Source: the human T2T-CHM13v2.0 reference genome, Homo sapiens
Strand: one strand, 5' to 3'
Length of the DNA stretch: 64,000 bases
Assembly (NCBI RefSeq): GCF_009914755.1
Contig: NC_060948.1
This document shows positions 40,528 to 55,038 of the stretch, piece by piece. Under the pieces are notes generated by a model. It made no database searches and had not been told where the DNA came from. It saw only the letters and a program-made list of their open reading frames with translations. Position 1 is the first letter of the stretch. Each line of letters starts with the position of its first letter. Made by a program: the position numbers and the translations under genes.

Positions 40528-41042
40528 TGTCAAAAATAGTGAAAGATCTGAGATATCACCCTCATTGCAAACAGACAATTTACTCTAGCATGTTTCCATA
40601 AATGCTGATGGTAGACATGAGGTTCTGGAATCAGAGACAAAAGATATTATTACTCATGCACAGCAGGCAACATGAGCTTCCCATGTGTGTGAGTTCTCCC
40701 TGCATTCTTGCTGTCATTCTCTCTGTGATTTCTCCCTGTCATTCTGTAGAGATGACTTGGAGTATGTAGGTAAATACTGCTCATGCGGTAAGTTTGCATT
40801 ACAGCTGAGGAACTTGAAGCTTAAGATATTTCCCTCTTTCGTGAGAGACTGCAAGCAAAATCGCCTACCACTTTCCTCTGGATGAGATGTTATCTTTATG
40901 ATACTGAACACTTCTCCCCAGTAGATAGTCTTCCAACTGTGTTGGGAGATTCTTCCAACTATTTTGTTGTATTTCAAACATCTCTGAAAAACATTCAGAA
41001 TAAAAGTTGTTGGTTCTCCTCAGGCAAGAATTCTATCTCACG
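40528..41042 (-). mobile_element. MER74-like ERVL LTR
   Basis: gaaagatctgagat...tcagagacaaaaga..ttattactca..cacagcaggcaacatgagcttc block. Confidence 0.55.
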
Positions 41043-43572
41043 AGAGACAGTGTTTACTACTAAAGCCACTTTGACTTGATTGTTTTAGACAAACTACCTG
41101 AGATGAAAGCAATTTTTAAAAATCATACAAAGTTAGGAAGAAATAACACATTAGCAATATTTGCAGTTAATAGGAATGCAAAACTGAGGAAAATATTGAA
41201 TTGAACTTCTTCCTTAGACAATGGTGTTATGCAGGAATTCCGCAGGATAAATAAATGAATACATAAAAATTAAAAGCAAATTATACACACAAGCACACAC
41301 ACAATTTAGAAAAAAAAAGAAATAAACTACTGCAGCAAATATAAACTAAGGATGGAATTATAATTGTCCTAGGATCTCAGGAGTGAACTTATTGGAGAAC
41401 ACACAAAAACTTTATAAAGAATACAGTTGAGGGTTCACTTAGGCACAGATTTTTTTTTCAACCGATTGCAGATTAAAAATACATTATTCATGAGATAGGA
41501 AACCTGAGTGTACTGAGGTCCAATTTACATGTGTTCTGCAGGGCATGTTTTGGGACTTGAGTATGCATGATACTGGTGTAAGCAGGAGTCCTGGAGTCTA
41601 TCTCTTTCATATTCTGAGGGTGATTATAATTCCAGTGCTACAAAGGAGGATACAGTCTACGTGGATTAAGAGAAACAAGCACTATCTTCTTGCCCAAGTT
41701 ATCAATATTAGATATCAATTATCTCCAAGTTAAACTATAAGTGAATTCAATTCTACTTTTAAGATATCACTTTTTAGAAGGAAAAAAGTCAGATGTAGTA
41801 ACTATTTTACAGAAAACTAAACTGGGGAGAATAGAATATTCTAAAGCAAATGGGTAATGCATGGAATTTTTCCTACCATATAATTTATGCTAGTGCTTTA
41901 TTTATACCTTAGACAAATATGCAGCTCAGAGCAGAAACTGGGGACTCCAAATGCCTTTGTACAACTCTTGCAATATCTCTTACTAGACTCAAGACATACA
42001 GCAAATTCCTTAGCATCATTTTGTGTTTTCTCACCTTTTCAATTGTGACACTAAATCACTAATATTGTCAGTCTTTGTATAAATAGAAGAGGATTCATAT
42101 GCAAAAGAAGGTAGTTAAAATATTGTCCTGTATGTAGTATGCATATAGCCACGAATGTGTAGGGGGTACCTAAATGTTAGCCATGGTGACATTATTGTTG
42201 GCATAATTGGAAACTGAGTAATGAGTTGGGATTAGTATATGAAGAGTTGAATAAATACTTGGAACAAATTAGTGCATCCAGGAACAGATCCCAAAATATA
42301 AAACAAGTTAGTATATGATGTAGGCGTCCATCGAATTTGAAAATTTGTAATTGCAAGTTTCCACCTTGAGGAATTCATTTCCTCTGGATTAAATATTTCA
42401 AGGTTAAAAGAAGCAGCAGAAAAAAGCTTGAAATTACTTTGCTTAAATGATCTCAGAGTGGTAAATATGATTTTAGCACTGAAATCACCTATTGTTAAAA
42501 GGTTGATATGTTGGGCTACATTTTAGTAGATTGCAAGTACTATCAATAAAAACAAAGTATACATGAAAACATTAAATATTAATGTATTTAATGTATAAAA
42601 TGAATATAATATATATTTTAATATACAAATATATAAAGAATATAGAAAAAAGATAATATACATTAATCCGTTATTCACAAAAATACTATTTAATTTATAA
42701 AAAAGCTATTACTCATCACATTAGGAGAAAGGTCAATTAAAATTTAAACATTCACTTTCTGGATTGGAAAAGAGGATGTTTCGTAACACACAGCAAATTA
42801 ATGAGTGGATGGAGAAACTCTCTCATAAATAGGTGATGAAAATATAGACCATTGTAACATCACTGAGGAATTTTGCCATACCTATCATGATGAAAAATGC
42901 ACATATAGTTTGATTCAGGAGTTTCAGTTTTAGGAATAGGTTTAATCAGGAATGTGTAACATATTAGCATCTGGCTTTTCTCAGGGTGGTTCCTAGAAGC
43001 TCCACCCACCACCTTCCACTCATGTCTCATTGGTTAGGAAGAGGTCTAGATGGGCATGCTACTTTCTGGGAATTCTGACCAGGTAAATATTTTTATCTGG
43101 ACACACTGCCTTTCTAAGCAAAATTGCTATTACATAATGATTTATTTTTATTTTCAATTTTATTGGGAAGCCTCCAAAACCAGAAAAGTTGCAGAGAGAA
43201 TCTCCATAGTGGTTTCTTATATAGATATGTAAAAAGATTAAACAGCAAGATAGTAGACATTGTACAAATGAGTGTGTGTGTGTATATGCATTTGTGTACA
43301 TATGTGGTGTTTTCTTGTGTGTTGTTTAAAAGGACAAAAAGATTAAACAGAAAGATAGTGAACATGTACAAATAAATGTTTGTATTTGTATTTGTGTATG
43401 TGTTTGTGTGTGTGTGTATGTATATTTTGGAAGTACAAAAAACTTGGTAATAATATTTTACTCTCATGAATAAGAGTGGAAGAAGCATATTTCATTTTAT
43501 ATATTGAATTTCATTGAAATTTTTACCATGTATTTATCATCTTTTAAAAATATACTCTTAAGAATATTACAT

Positions 43573-45368
<1,796 letters not shown>

Positions 45369-45379
45369 GAATACTACAT

Positions 45380-45860
45380 ATGACATATTAGTAATACTAA
45401 TCATACATATTGAATATATTGATACATATATATGTATCTACATACTACTTATATGGATATATACCTATTACATGTGTGCTAAAATATTCTGTATTATACA
45501 ATATATACACATATATACCATATGTTTTAGGTAAAGCATGTATATACATTATATAAACAAACTATATATACACATTATATATACACAAAAATAAACTTAG
45601 AAGTTTATTTTTGGCTTACCACACATATATATACATACACACCATATATATGTATGTACATGTATATACACACACACCATATGTATGTACATATATATAC
45701 ACACACCATATATATGTATGTATACATATATGTAAACCATATATGCATATACCATACAGATACCATATATGTACATATATACCCATATATATGTATACAT
45801 ATATATGTATATACCATATATATATATAAACACACACACACACACCATATATGTATGTAT
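45380..45860. repeat. (TA)/(CA)-rich low complexity
   Basis: Direct read. Confidence 0.85.
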
Positions 45861-46533
45861 TGTAAGCCAAAAATGAACTTCTAAGTCCTGCTCCAGGCAT
45901 CTGAGTGGACCCCTCCTCTTGGATAAGGACATTCTATAGTTAATCTGAAGATCTAGTTCAGGCCATGATGGATGAGGGGGTCAGACTTGCCTCATTCTAC
46001 CTCTCCAGAATTAAACTTAACACAGACCTTAAGTCTGATGGAAAATTTTTACAATCTGTTCTCCCTGAAGCCTGCCACCTGAAGGCTTCATCTGCATGAT
46101 AAAAACTGGGTCTCCACAACCCTTTATCTTAAGGCAGATACTCCTTTCTATGGATAGTAGGTTGGTGCAGAAGTAATTGCTGTTTTTTGCCATGGAAAAT
46201 AAAATGCAATTACTTTTGGGCCAACCTAATAATAACTCTTTCAACCAATTGCCAATCAGAAAAATTTTAAATCTACCTAAGACCTGCAAGTCCCCCACCT
46301 TCCTACTTCCAATTGTCCTGCCCTTCCCAATCAAGCCAATGTAAATCTTATGCATGTATTGACTGATGTATTATGTCTCCCTAAAATGTATAAAAGCAAA
46401 CTGTACCCAACTACCTTGGACACATATCATTATGACTTCCTGAGTCTGTGTCACAGTGTGTCCTTAACCTTAGCAAAATTAGTTAATTTTGCCTAAATTA
46501 ATTGAGACCTGTCTCAGATATTTTGGGTTCACA
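45861..46533 (+). mobile_element. MER4-family solo LTR
   Basis: tgtaagccaaaaatgaacttctaag...ctagttcaggccatgatgg...gagacctgtctcagata.tttgggttcaca. Confidence 0.85.
46157..46229. mobile_element. MADE1 (Hsmar1-derived MITE) inserted at TA in the MER4 LTR
   Basis: TIRs taggttggtgcagaagtaattgc / gcaattacttttgggccaaccta; TA at 46155-46156 and 46230-46231. Confidence 0.9.
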
Positions 46534-47894
46534 GAGTACATTTTAAATACATACATCAATGTACATACATAGTTCATTATACTTAATTTTATATTGATAA
46601 GGTATTATGAAAGACTCAGGGAGTTAATATTTGAGAAGACACTTGGTAAAATGCACTCAAAATATACAAACCTAAATAATTCACTCACTGAGACAATTTA
46701 CATTTGTTTCACTTCAAAACTTGCTTCAAACACCAATTAAATAAAATTCAGTATGTCTCAAAGTTTAAACTAAAAACAAGATCAACAAAATTTTCTCACA
46801 CATCAACTTTATCCAGACAAAGCCATTAGAATTTATCTGAGAGGAAAAGCATTTTAATTTTTGTATAATAAACATTAAAAGCTCTCCCAAGCTGAAATGC
46901 CTTAAATCAAGTTGTACTTATTAATCAGAGTATTGATTTAAATGTTGATGCTGCATCACTTCTATGCTGTCTCATCTTCAGTTTTTATAATATTTTCATA
47001 TTTATGTTTTTTGGGGGGTGTATCTGACTTTATCTTCAAATCAAAGCAGAAACTAGAAGTAAAACCTGATAGGTTTTTACCATGGTAGATACAGTAGAAA
47101 TGTCCACAGAGTGTTTCAGATTTGTATGCATGGAAATTAGTCCTCAATGGTGAAATTGAAGGGGTCAAAGATCATTTTGGTAGCAATATTTGTGACAAAA
47201 TGCCTTCACTCTATATGAATTCTCTAAAACATTATTTAAATGTGAAGCATCAGTAAGGTCCTGCACCCGTAGAGAATTCAACAGGCAGAGAGATTATGCA
47301 TCTATTGTATCTTCATTTTCCGTCTGGGAAAACTCATGGCACTAATGAGCTCTAGACATACAAAGATCAACAGGATGTTGTTTGGGTGCTAGCCTGTCAT
47401 AACCACAAAGTAGGGGGAAATTAGCTGGGTAGAATGAGTAACAGCATCAGATTAAGGTTCCAACCAAATTTTAGCCATACAAACTTAAGTACATTTATCT
47501 CCCTGACCCTTACTTTTCTTGCCTTTGAAGTGAGAGGAATAATTCTGCACTGAGCTATGTCTTCACAAGGATTAAGCAAGAAATTGATTGACGAGCATCT
47601 ATACTCATGTCTGATGCATGATGTGGAGACTACAAGAAAATTATCCTTTTCCCTAAAACACAAATGCTAAAATAAAAGGTGTAGAAGAAGGAAGAAGGAA
47701 GATAATGTACATAATATTTTGTGGGGAGGAGGCAGAAGAACTGATGAGAGATTATTTGAATCTTAGAAAATCCTAGGAAAAGAATCATAGACAAAAAGAT
47801 GGCACTGGTGTTGGGGCAGAGGAACAGGTCACGCTAATCGAGCAAATCTTAAAGACTTGGGGTAGATGGAGAAATGATGATTAAGACAGATGTG

Positions 47895-48191
<297 letters not shown>

Positions 48192-48398
48192 CTAACAAGG
48201 CATTCTGCAACTCAATTTTAAAGAACTTTCTAAGTGAAGAGCAAACAGTGCTATGCCATGGGAGCTGGTTAAGGAAAACTTAAAGCATGGGCTTTGCTTT
48301 GGAGTTTTCAAATAAAGAGAACTCCTGGAGACATGCTGAATGTTGAGTGATGATATTGAATTTGGAGAAAAGAAAGTCAATTATACCAATTTATTCCT

Positions 48399-49415
48399 TT
48401 GTAAGGAATTGGTTTGTCTCCCTCAAAAAATATGTTGAATTCCTCACCTGTAATATTTGTGAATGTGACCTCATTTTGAAATAGAGTCTTTGCAGATATC
48501 ATTAAGAAGTAAGTTAAGATGAGGTCATAGTGCAGTAGTGTGTGACCTTAATCCTGTATAACTGGTGTCTTTATAAGAAGAGATGGCTTGGCAAGGTGGC
48601 TCATCCCTGTATTTTGGGAGGCCAGAGCAAGAGAATTGCTTGAGTTCACAAGTTAGAGAACAGCCTGAGCAACACAGGAGAACCTGCCTCTACAAAAAAT
48701 ACAAAATTAGCCAGGTGTGGTGATGTGCACCTGTAGTCCCAGCTATTCAGGAGGCTGAGGTGGGAGGATTACTTGAGCCCAGGAGGCAGAAGTTGCAGTG
48801 AGCCAGCATGGCACCCCACACTCCAGCCTAAGTGACAGAGAGAGACCCTTCCTCAAAAAAGAAAGAAAGAAAAGGAAGGAAGGAAGGAAGGAAGGAAGGA
48901 AGGAAACAAAAAAAGAAAGAAAGAGAGAGAGAGAAAGAAAGAAAGAGGGAGGGAGGGAAGAAGGGAAGGAAGGAAGGAAAGAAGGAAGGAAGGAAAAGAA
49001 AGAAAGAGAGAAAGAGAGAAAAAGAAAGAGAAGAAAGGAAGGAAGGAGACAAAGAAAGAAGGAAAGAGAAGAGAGGGAGGGAGAGAAGGAAGGAAGGAAG
49101 GAAGGAGGGAGGGAAGGAGGGAAGGAAAAGAAAGAGAACAGAAGACACAGAGACCAATACACATAAGGAGGAGAAGACAACACCACACAGTCATGATCCA
49201 GGCAAAGGTTGCAATTATGTGTCCACAACCCAAGGATTACCAGAAACCAGCAGAGTTGGAAGAGTCAAGAAAGTATTCTCTGATAGAGCTTTCAGAGACA
49301 ATGCAGACCTGCTAACTCCTTGACTTTTGGTCTCTTGAATCGTGAGAAGATAAATTTATCTTGCCTGAAGCAACAAGTTTGTGGAACATTGTTTCTGTAG
49401 CTCTAAAACTGATAC
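48399..49415 (+). mobile_element. MLT1C-type LTR interrupted by an Alu and purine STR
   Basis: gaatgtgacctcattttgaaatagagtctttgcagat...; resumes gaagacacagag...ctgataca. Confidence 0.75.
48585..49140 (+). mobile_element. AluJ whose tail expanded into a complex (GAAG)n/(GAAA)n STR
   Basis: Alu at 48585-48860, then a ~280-bp purine repeat. Confidence 0.9.
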
Positions 49416-49524
49416 AGATTTTAATATTATTTAATGCTAAACAAATGGAATGGACAGAAGGAACATCATCAGGTGGGAACAGAGAACAAGGGATGGTTGT
49501 AATAAGTAATCAGATATTAGGATC

Positions 49525-49813
49525 TGTCTGGGCACAGTGGCTCATGCCTGTATCCCAGGAGGCCTCAGATCACTTGATCTGATCAGGGCAGGAGTTTGGG
49601 ACCAGTTTGGGCAACAGAATGAAACCCCATCTCTACAAAAAAATAAAACATTAGCCAAGTGTGGTGTCATACACCTCTAGTCCCAGCTACTCAGGAGGCT
49701 GAGTTGGGAAGATTGCTCAACTCTGGAAGGTTGAGGCTACAGTGAGCCATGAGTGTGACACTGTACTGTAGCTTTGGTGGGCAGAGTGAGACTCTGTCTC
49801 AAAGAAAAAAAAA
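49525..49813 (+). mobile_element. AluJ (3' end tandemly duplicated)
   Basis: Diverged dimeric Alu. Confidence 0.85.
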
Positions 49814-50926
49814 GTTAGAATCTGATTCAGAGAAAACAAAAAAGGGCAAGGCTGATTCTGAAGTCTCTCCCTACTACTGCATTCTAGCTTGGGTGGGCTG
49901 AGTGACACTCTGTCTCAAAGAAAAAAAATGTTAGAATCTGATTCAGAGAAGATAAAAAAGGGCAAAGCTGATGCTGAAGTCTCTCCCTACAAGGACTGGG
50001 CAAGTAATGCTAACTTTAATCAATTGATGAATACTCCAGGAAGAGAACTTTTGGGGAACTAATGAGTTAATTGTTCATCATATATTTGAGCTGTCTGCTG
50101 GGAAATTAGGAGGAAATATCTACACATAGAGAGAGAGAGAAATCAAAGAACCCTGAGATGAAGCAGGCAAAATGCTGCCTAGCAGAATCCAAGCTACTAA
50201 ACAAAGATAGAAGGCACTTTCGTGAGAACAGGTGGCCAACACTTCCAAATGCATGCTTCAGTGTTGGGGAGATCTACCTCTGATAAGCAGACCAGGAGAG
50301 GCCCATTTAAAGTCATCATTCTGGTAAGAACCAGAGTCAAGAAGGGAATTTAGATTTTTCTCACTCATCATTCACATTTTGATGTCAGTTGAAACCTAAA
50401 TTGACTGCAAGTGCAGAACTGTACAAGATGATAAAATTTCTAACAAAGAAGAGTTTTAGAAATTGCTGTAGCTCTTAGAGTCCATCATGCCATCATACAA
50501 GGTCAAACACATCTGAGGATAGGTACTTCCTCTTATAATAAAAATTTTAGATTCTCCTCCCTCATACATTCTAAGGAGGTTTTCCCAGAAGTCTGCACAT
50601 TCTTTGACAGAAAGAGAGAAGAAGAATGGCCACTTATTACCTGCAATTTGCCCAGTACTGTTAGGTGCCCCATTAAATCATCTATCAGTGCTAGGTACAG
50701 TTTTCCACATGAGGAAGCAGGTGATGGGATTTTTCAAGGTCATGCAAGTTGTGGCTCACTCATGCTGTCTTTGAAACCAAGCCTGAGCCCTTTCTGTTTT
50801 CGCCATGCTGCCCTCTTGGCTGACATCTAGTGCTTTGGTGCATATTCTAGATAACCATCAAGGTAATGTTGCATATCAGGGCTTTCTTTGACATTATTAT
50901 GGTATACCTCCCTGCCCCTTGGGATA

Positions 50927-50928
50927 CA

Positions 50929-50971
<43 letters not shown>

Positions 50972-51024
50972 GTGTGTGTGTGTATATATATGTGTATATA
51001 TATATGTGTGTGTGTATATATATA

Positions 51025-51059
<35 letters not shown>

Positions 51060-51348
51060 TTTTTTTTTAGATGGAGTCTCTCTCTGCCGCCAAGGCTGGA
51101 GTGCAGTGGCACGATCTCTGCTCACTGCAAGCTCCGCCTCCCAGGTTCACACCATTCTCCTGCCTGAGCCTCCCCAGTAGCTGGGACTACAGGTGACCAT
51201 CACCATGCCCGGCTAATTTTTTTGTATTTTCAGTAGAGGCAGGATTTCACCGTGTTAGCCAGATGGCCTTGATCTCCTGACTTCATGATCCTCCTGCCTC
51301 GGTCTCCAAAAGTACTGGGATTACAGGCATGAGCCACCGTACCCTGCC
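50927..51348 (-). mobile_element. AluY with (TA)n(TG)n-expanded tail
   Basis: AluY diagnostics; TSD ccccttgggata / cccctttggata brackets both the Alu and the microsatellite. Confidence 0.92.
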
Positions 51349-52379
51349 ACCCCTTTGGATATTTTTCAGAGGAGCAAGGAACATGTGCCCTTTCCTGCTT
51401 TATCTAACAACTTAGCATAATGAGTAAATTCTCTGCTTTTGTTTTGTTTTGTTTTGTTTTTGACAACTGCCCAACTCCATTAGAACTCTGCTTGTGTTTC
51501 AGGGTTTGATATTGTTTTCTAAGGTATCCTTTGAGTTTGATGAGTCTCGAATTACTCTCCAAAGGATTCATGCTCCTTGTTTTCTTGTGAGTGCCAGAAA
51601 TAATATAAACCAGACAACATATATAATTCATGAGCACTGTTTCACCTCACAGTTATTTCTGGCTCCCAGTGTCTGTCTGTAAATAGTGTATTAAGAGCAA
51701 GCACTGTTTCCTTTTTTTCTTTATATTATGGTAGAATGATAAAAATAATGAACTGACTATTCAGCCTTAGAGGTTCTTGCCAGAATGTAATGTGTCTATA
51801 TCTAATACTTTTTAAAACAGGTGTGAAGAGGTTTTGTGGTTTGGCAGAGCGAATCCCAGCTCTATTTTTGTGTGTTTTCTTGTCTTTATTGAAATGGAAA
51901 GGGTGGATGTTTTGCACACCGCTCTGGAGGTGGCATTCTGCTTGTGTGGCAGTTGATTGAATAAGTTATTTCAAAGACCATCATGGCTTCCTCAGCATCT
52001 TCTATTATTGGATAATAACCACAGCTCCTACAAACTGCCACCACTAATGACCTGTTCTTTATGATAGCTTAGTTTGCACCACAGTGGAGGTATTTATTTT
52101 CCCCATTAGGAACTTCAGTGTTTAGCAGTAAAATTGGCAGGAAAACCATTGGTTGGCATACAAAGCCTGCAGGTTGCTATTCTAATGACTTTCTGTTCAA
52201 ATACACATTCCAATTGCAAGGAGAATGTGGAGATGCAGTACAGGCAAAGATGAACAGCCAAGGATCTGAAAGGCTGCCAGTGTTCCATATATTACATAAC
52301 ACAGCCTTCCCTACATGTTAGAGTCTACTCCCTCTGTTTCTGATGATGCATCTGACTCTTCATAAAACTCTTGTCATCC

Positions 52380-52421
52380 CAGAGTGAGACTCCGTCTCAA
52401 AAAAAAAAAAAAAAAAAAAAA
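52380..52421 (+). mobile_element. Extremely 5'-truncated Alu (~20 nt plus poly(A))
   Basis: cagagtgagactccgtctc(A)n; TSD ctctTGtcatcc / ctctCAtcatcc. Confidence 0.85.
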
Positions 52422-52619
52422 CACCTCTCATCATCCTGAGTTTGTTATATTGCTAAGGCATATTATGCATTTGAAGAGCTTTAATTTTGAGGTCTTCTCT
52501 GTTTCAGGTTTGAAGGAAATATTTCTTCCTGCCAGGTCCAAACAATTAAATCATAGTTTGTTGGACTGAACATAAGATTTCAGAGATGTGGTCTGACTCT
52601 GACTCACATGAGTCTCTTT

Positions 52620-53470
52620 TATTCAGAAGCATTTAATATCTGTACACTCTCGGGCACTAAGCCAAGCAACAAGGGAACATATAAATGAGTCCGAGTTATT
52701 TTACTGAAAAAGTTTTTAGATTACTGCTGAGTGAAAAACCATGTAAGTCCTCTTAAAAAAAAAAAAAAAAAAAAAAAACAAGGATAGAGCTAAATGAAAA
52801 ATAAATACTGGGTCCAAAGGGGTAGAAAGAGATCAGATATTTTGTCACATAGGCTGAGTTGGGAAGACTTTGAAGTAAGAGATAACATTTGAAGTGGGAC
52901 TTCAATAATTTTGAAGTTGGACCAGCACAAAAGGGAACTTTCTGGTAGTAATAATTTACAAAGCTACAGAAAAGGATTGGGTTCTTTAGGAGCCTGGAGG
53001 AAAACTGGAGTGATGGAACATCCCAGCATGAACATCAAGAAAAGCAAGAAAACTTAAGACCCTAATGTTGGTCAGGCAGCAGAACCTGTTGGCTTTTGTG
53101 TGTATAACATGTGACAGTGTTTCAACTTTCTCCTCCAGGCAGTAATGGGCTGGCCTGAGGAAGGGTGTGCTTGCAGCAGACAGGATGATTCAAATGCAGA
53201 GGTGATATTTTTTAGGGTGTGACACTCTTTAAGTATTGATGTCATCTTGATCAATTGCAATGGTAAAGAAAAAGAGGGAATCTAAATTAGGGAAACTATA
53301 AAACAAGAATCCATGGAATTTGGAGTCCAAATAAACATAAGTATGGAATGAGGACAGAGTCTCTGCTGAGGTTTTAGCTTGGACTCCAAAATGGGTTAAG
53401 AAAACTATTACAAATATAAATCTCTGAAGGAACAGACAGCTTTTGGGAAGAGGAGGGAGATACCTGTTGC
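52620..53470 (-). mobile_element. L2 (highly diverged)
   Basis: gcatttaatatc...gcactaagccaagc, taacatttgaagtggga, gaggttttagcttgga blocks. Confidence 0.45.
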
Positions 53471-53485
53471 TTTAGAAATGTTAAT

Positions 53486-54030
53486 CAGACCCAATCCCAT
53501 TTTCAGGTATATATCGAAAGGAATATAAATCCTTCTGCCATAAAGATAATGTATACATATGTTCACTGCAGCATGATTCACAATAGCAAAAACATGTAAT
53601 CAAACTAGATGCCCATCAACAGTGAACTGGATAAAGAAAATGTGGTACGTATACACATATATACTACACAGCTATAAACAAAAGTGAGATCCTGTCCATC
53701 AGAGCAACATGTTTGGAGCTGGAGGCCATTATCCTAAGTGAAGTAACACAGGAACAGAAAACCAAACACTATATATTGTCACTTATACATTGAGTATAAC
53801 ATTGAGCTAAGCATTGAGTACATATGAATTCAAGAAGGAAACGAGAGACACTGTGGCCTATTTGAGGGTGGAGGAAGGGAGGAGCGAGAAAATGGAAAAT
53901 CTACCTATCTGGTACTATGCTTATTACATGGTTGACAAAATTATCTGTACCCTAGATCCCACAACGCATCTGTATAAAAAACCTGCACATGGACCACTGA
54001 ACCTAAATTAAAAGTACAAAAAAAAAAAAA
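53486..54030 (+). mobile_element. 5'-truncated older L1PA/L1PB 3' end
   Basis: Perfect 12-bp TSD agaaatgttaat (53474-53485 and 54031-54042), poly(A). Confidence 0.92.
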
Positions 54031-54147
54031 AGAAATGTTAATTTGAGACGGTTTTAATCATTTGAGTAGAGTTCAAATTTTGGTCTGGAACTCAAAGGAG
54101 AAAAGGCAGATGGGATCAGAGAAAGTGAATGCTGAGCTAACTAGAGG

Positions 54148-54540
54148 GTTAGTTTCTCAGGGCTGCTGTAATAAATTGCAGTAAACAACTGAGGAGCTCC
54201 AAATCAAGGTGACTTTAGGGCCATGCTCCAGTGGAAGGCTCTAGGGGAGGATGCTTTTTTGCAACTTTCATTTTCTAGTGGCTCCTGGTGTTCCTTGGCA
54301 TGTGGCTCCATCAGTCCTATCTCTGTCTCCATTTTTCCATGTTCTTCTTTCTCTTGTCTCTGTGTCCTCCTCCCTCTCTCTCTCTCTCTTTTATCATGAA
54401 ACTAGTCATTGGATTTAGGGCCCATGAGTTTATACCAAGATCTTAATCAATTACATCTGCAAAGACCCTATTTCCAAATAGGGTCACATTCTGAAGCTTC
54501 CAGAGTACATGAAGTTTAGGAGTGCACTCTTCAATCCAGA
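54148..54540 (-). mobile_element. MLT1C-type LTR
   Basis: ttagtttctcagggctgctgtaataaatt...tacatctgcaaagaccctatttccaaatagggtcacattctg. Confidence 0.8.
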
Positions 54541-55038
54541 ATAGCTACAGACAGATGAAGCTGAAGTAATGAGGGCTGATAATGTTGACCAGAGACAAAA
54601 ATAGTGTTAATGAAGGACTGAGACACAAAAGATAGCCTAGAGAATATAATTGATGGGAAGACCAATGGAAGTAAACTTCAAAGAAGACAGAAGTCTCTCT
54701 CAAGTGCTAAGAGGAAACCAGGAGAGATTACAAACTCATGGCAATACAATTCTTTCAAATCCAATTAGGGTGAATTCTCAGAGGTTATTGCCTCAAGGAG
54801 GGGAAATAATAAATGAACACTTCAGAGTCCTACAGGACTGGAAAATAACTTGAGAGAAGCTCTGTTCATCAGTACATTTGCAGTGCTTTTAGAGTTGTCA
54901 GGGAAACCTCATCAATATCAGTCAAAGCAGCATTTATAAATTCGCCAACATGTCTCATCAAAAACAAGACAGACAGAAGGATGAATGCAGTCAAGTGTTG
55001 TTTTTTATTTCTTTAAATTTTGTTCAGATTTAAATGCA

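Noticed and set aside
45595-45886. Possible novel MITE with 25-bp TIRs
   Set aside because: The right 'TIR' is simply the first bases of the MER4 LTR and there is no TSD. It is kept as a template-switch finding instead.
48860-49140. Naming the complex GAAG/GAAA repeat as a known DYS marker
   Set aside because: I could not match its flanks to any marker I recall, so it is left unnamed.
52750-52780. Orphan poly(A) after tt, a possible retrocopy tail
   Set aside because: I could not find a TSD, an upstream poly(A) signal or an identifiable body.
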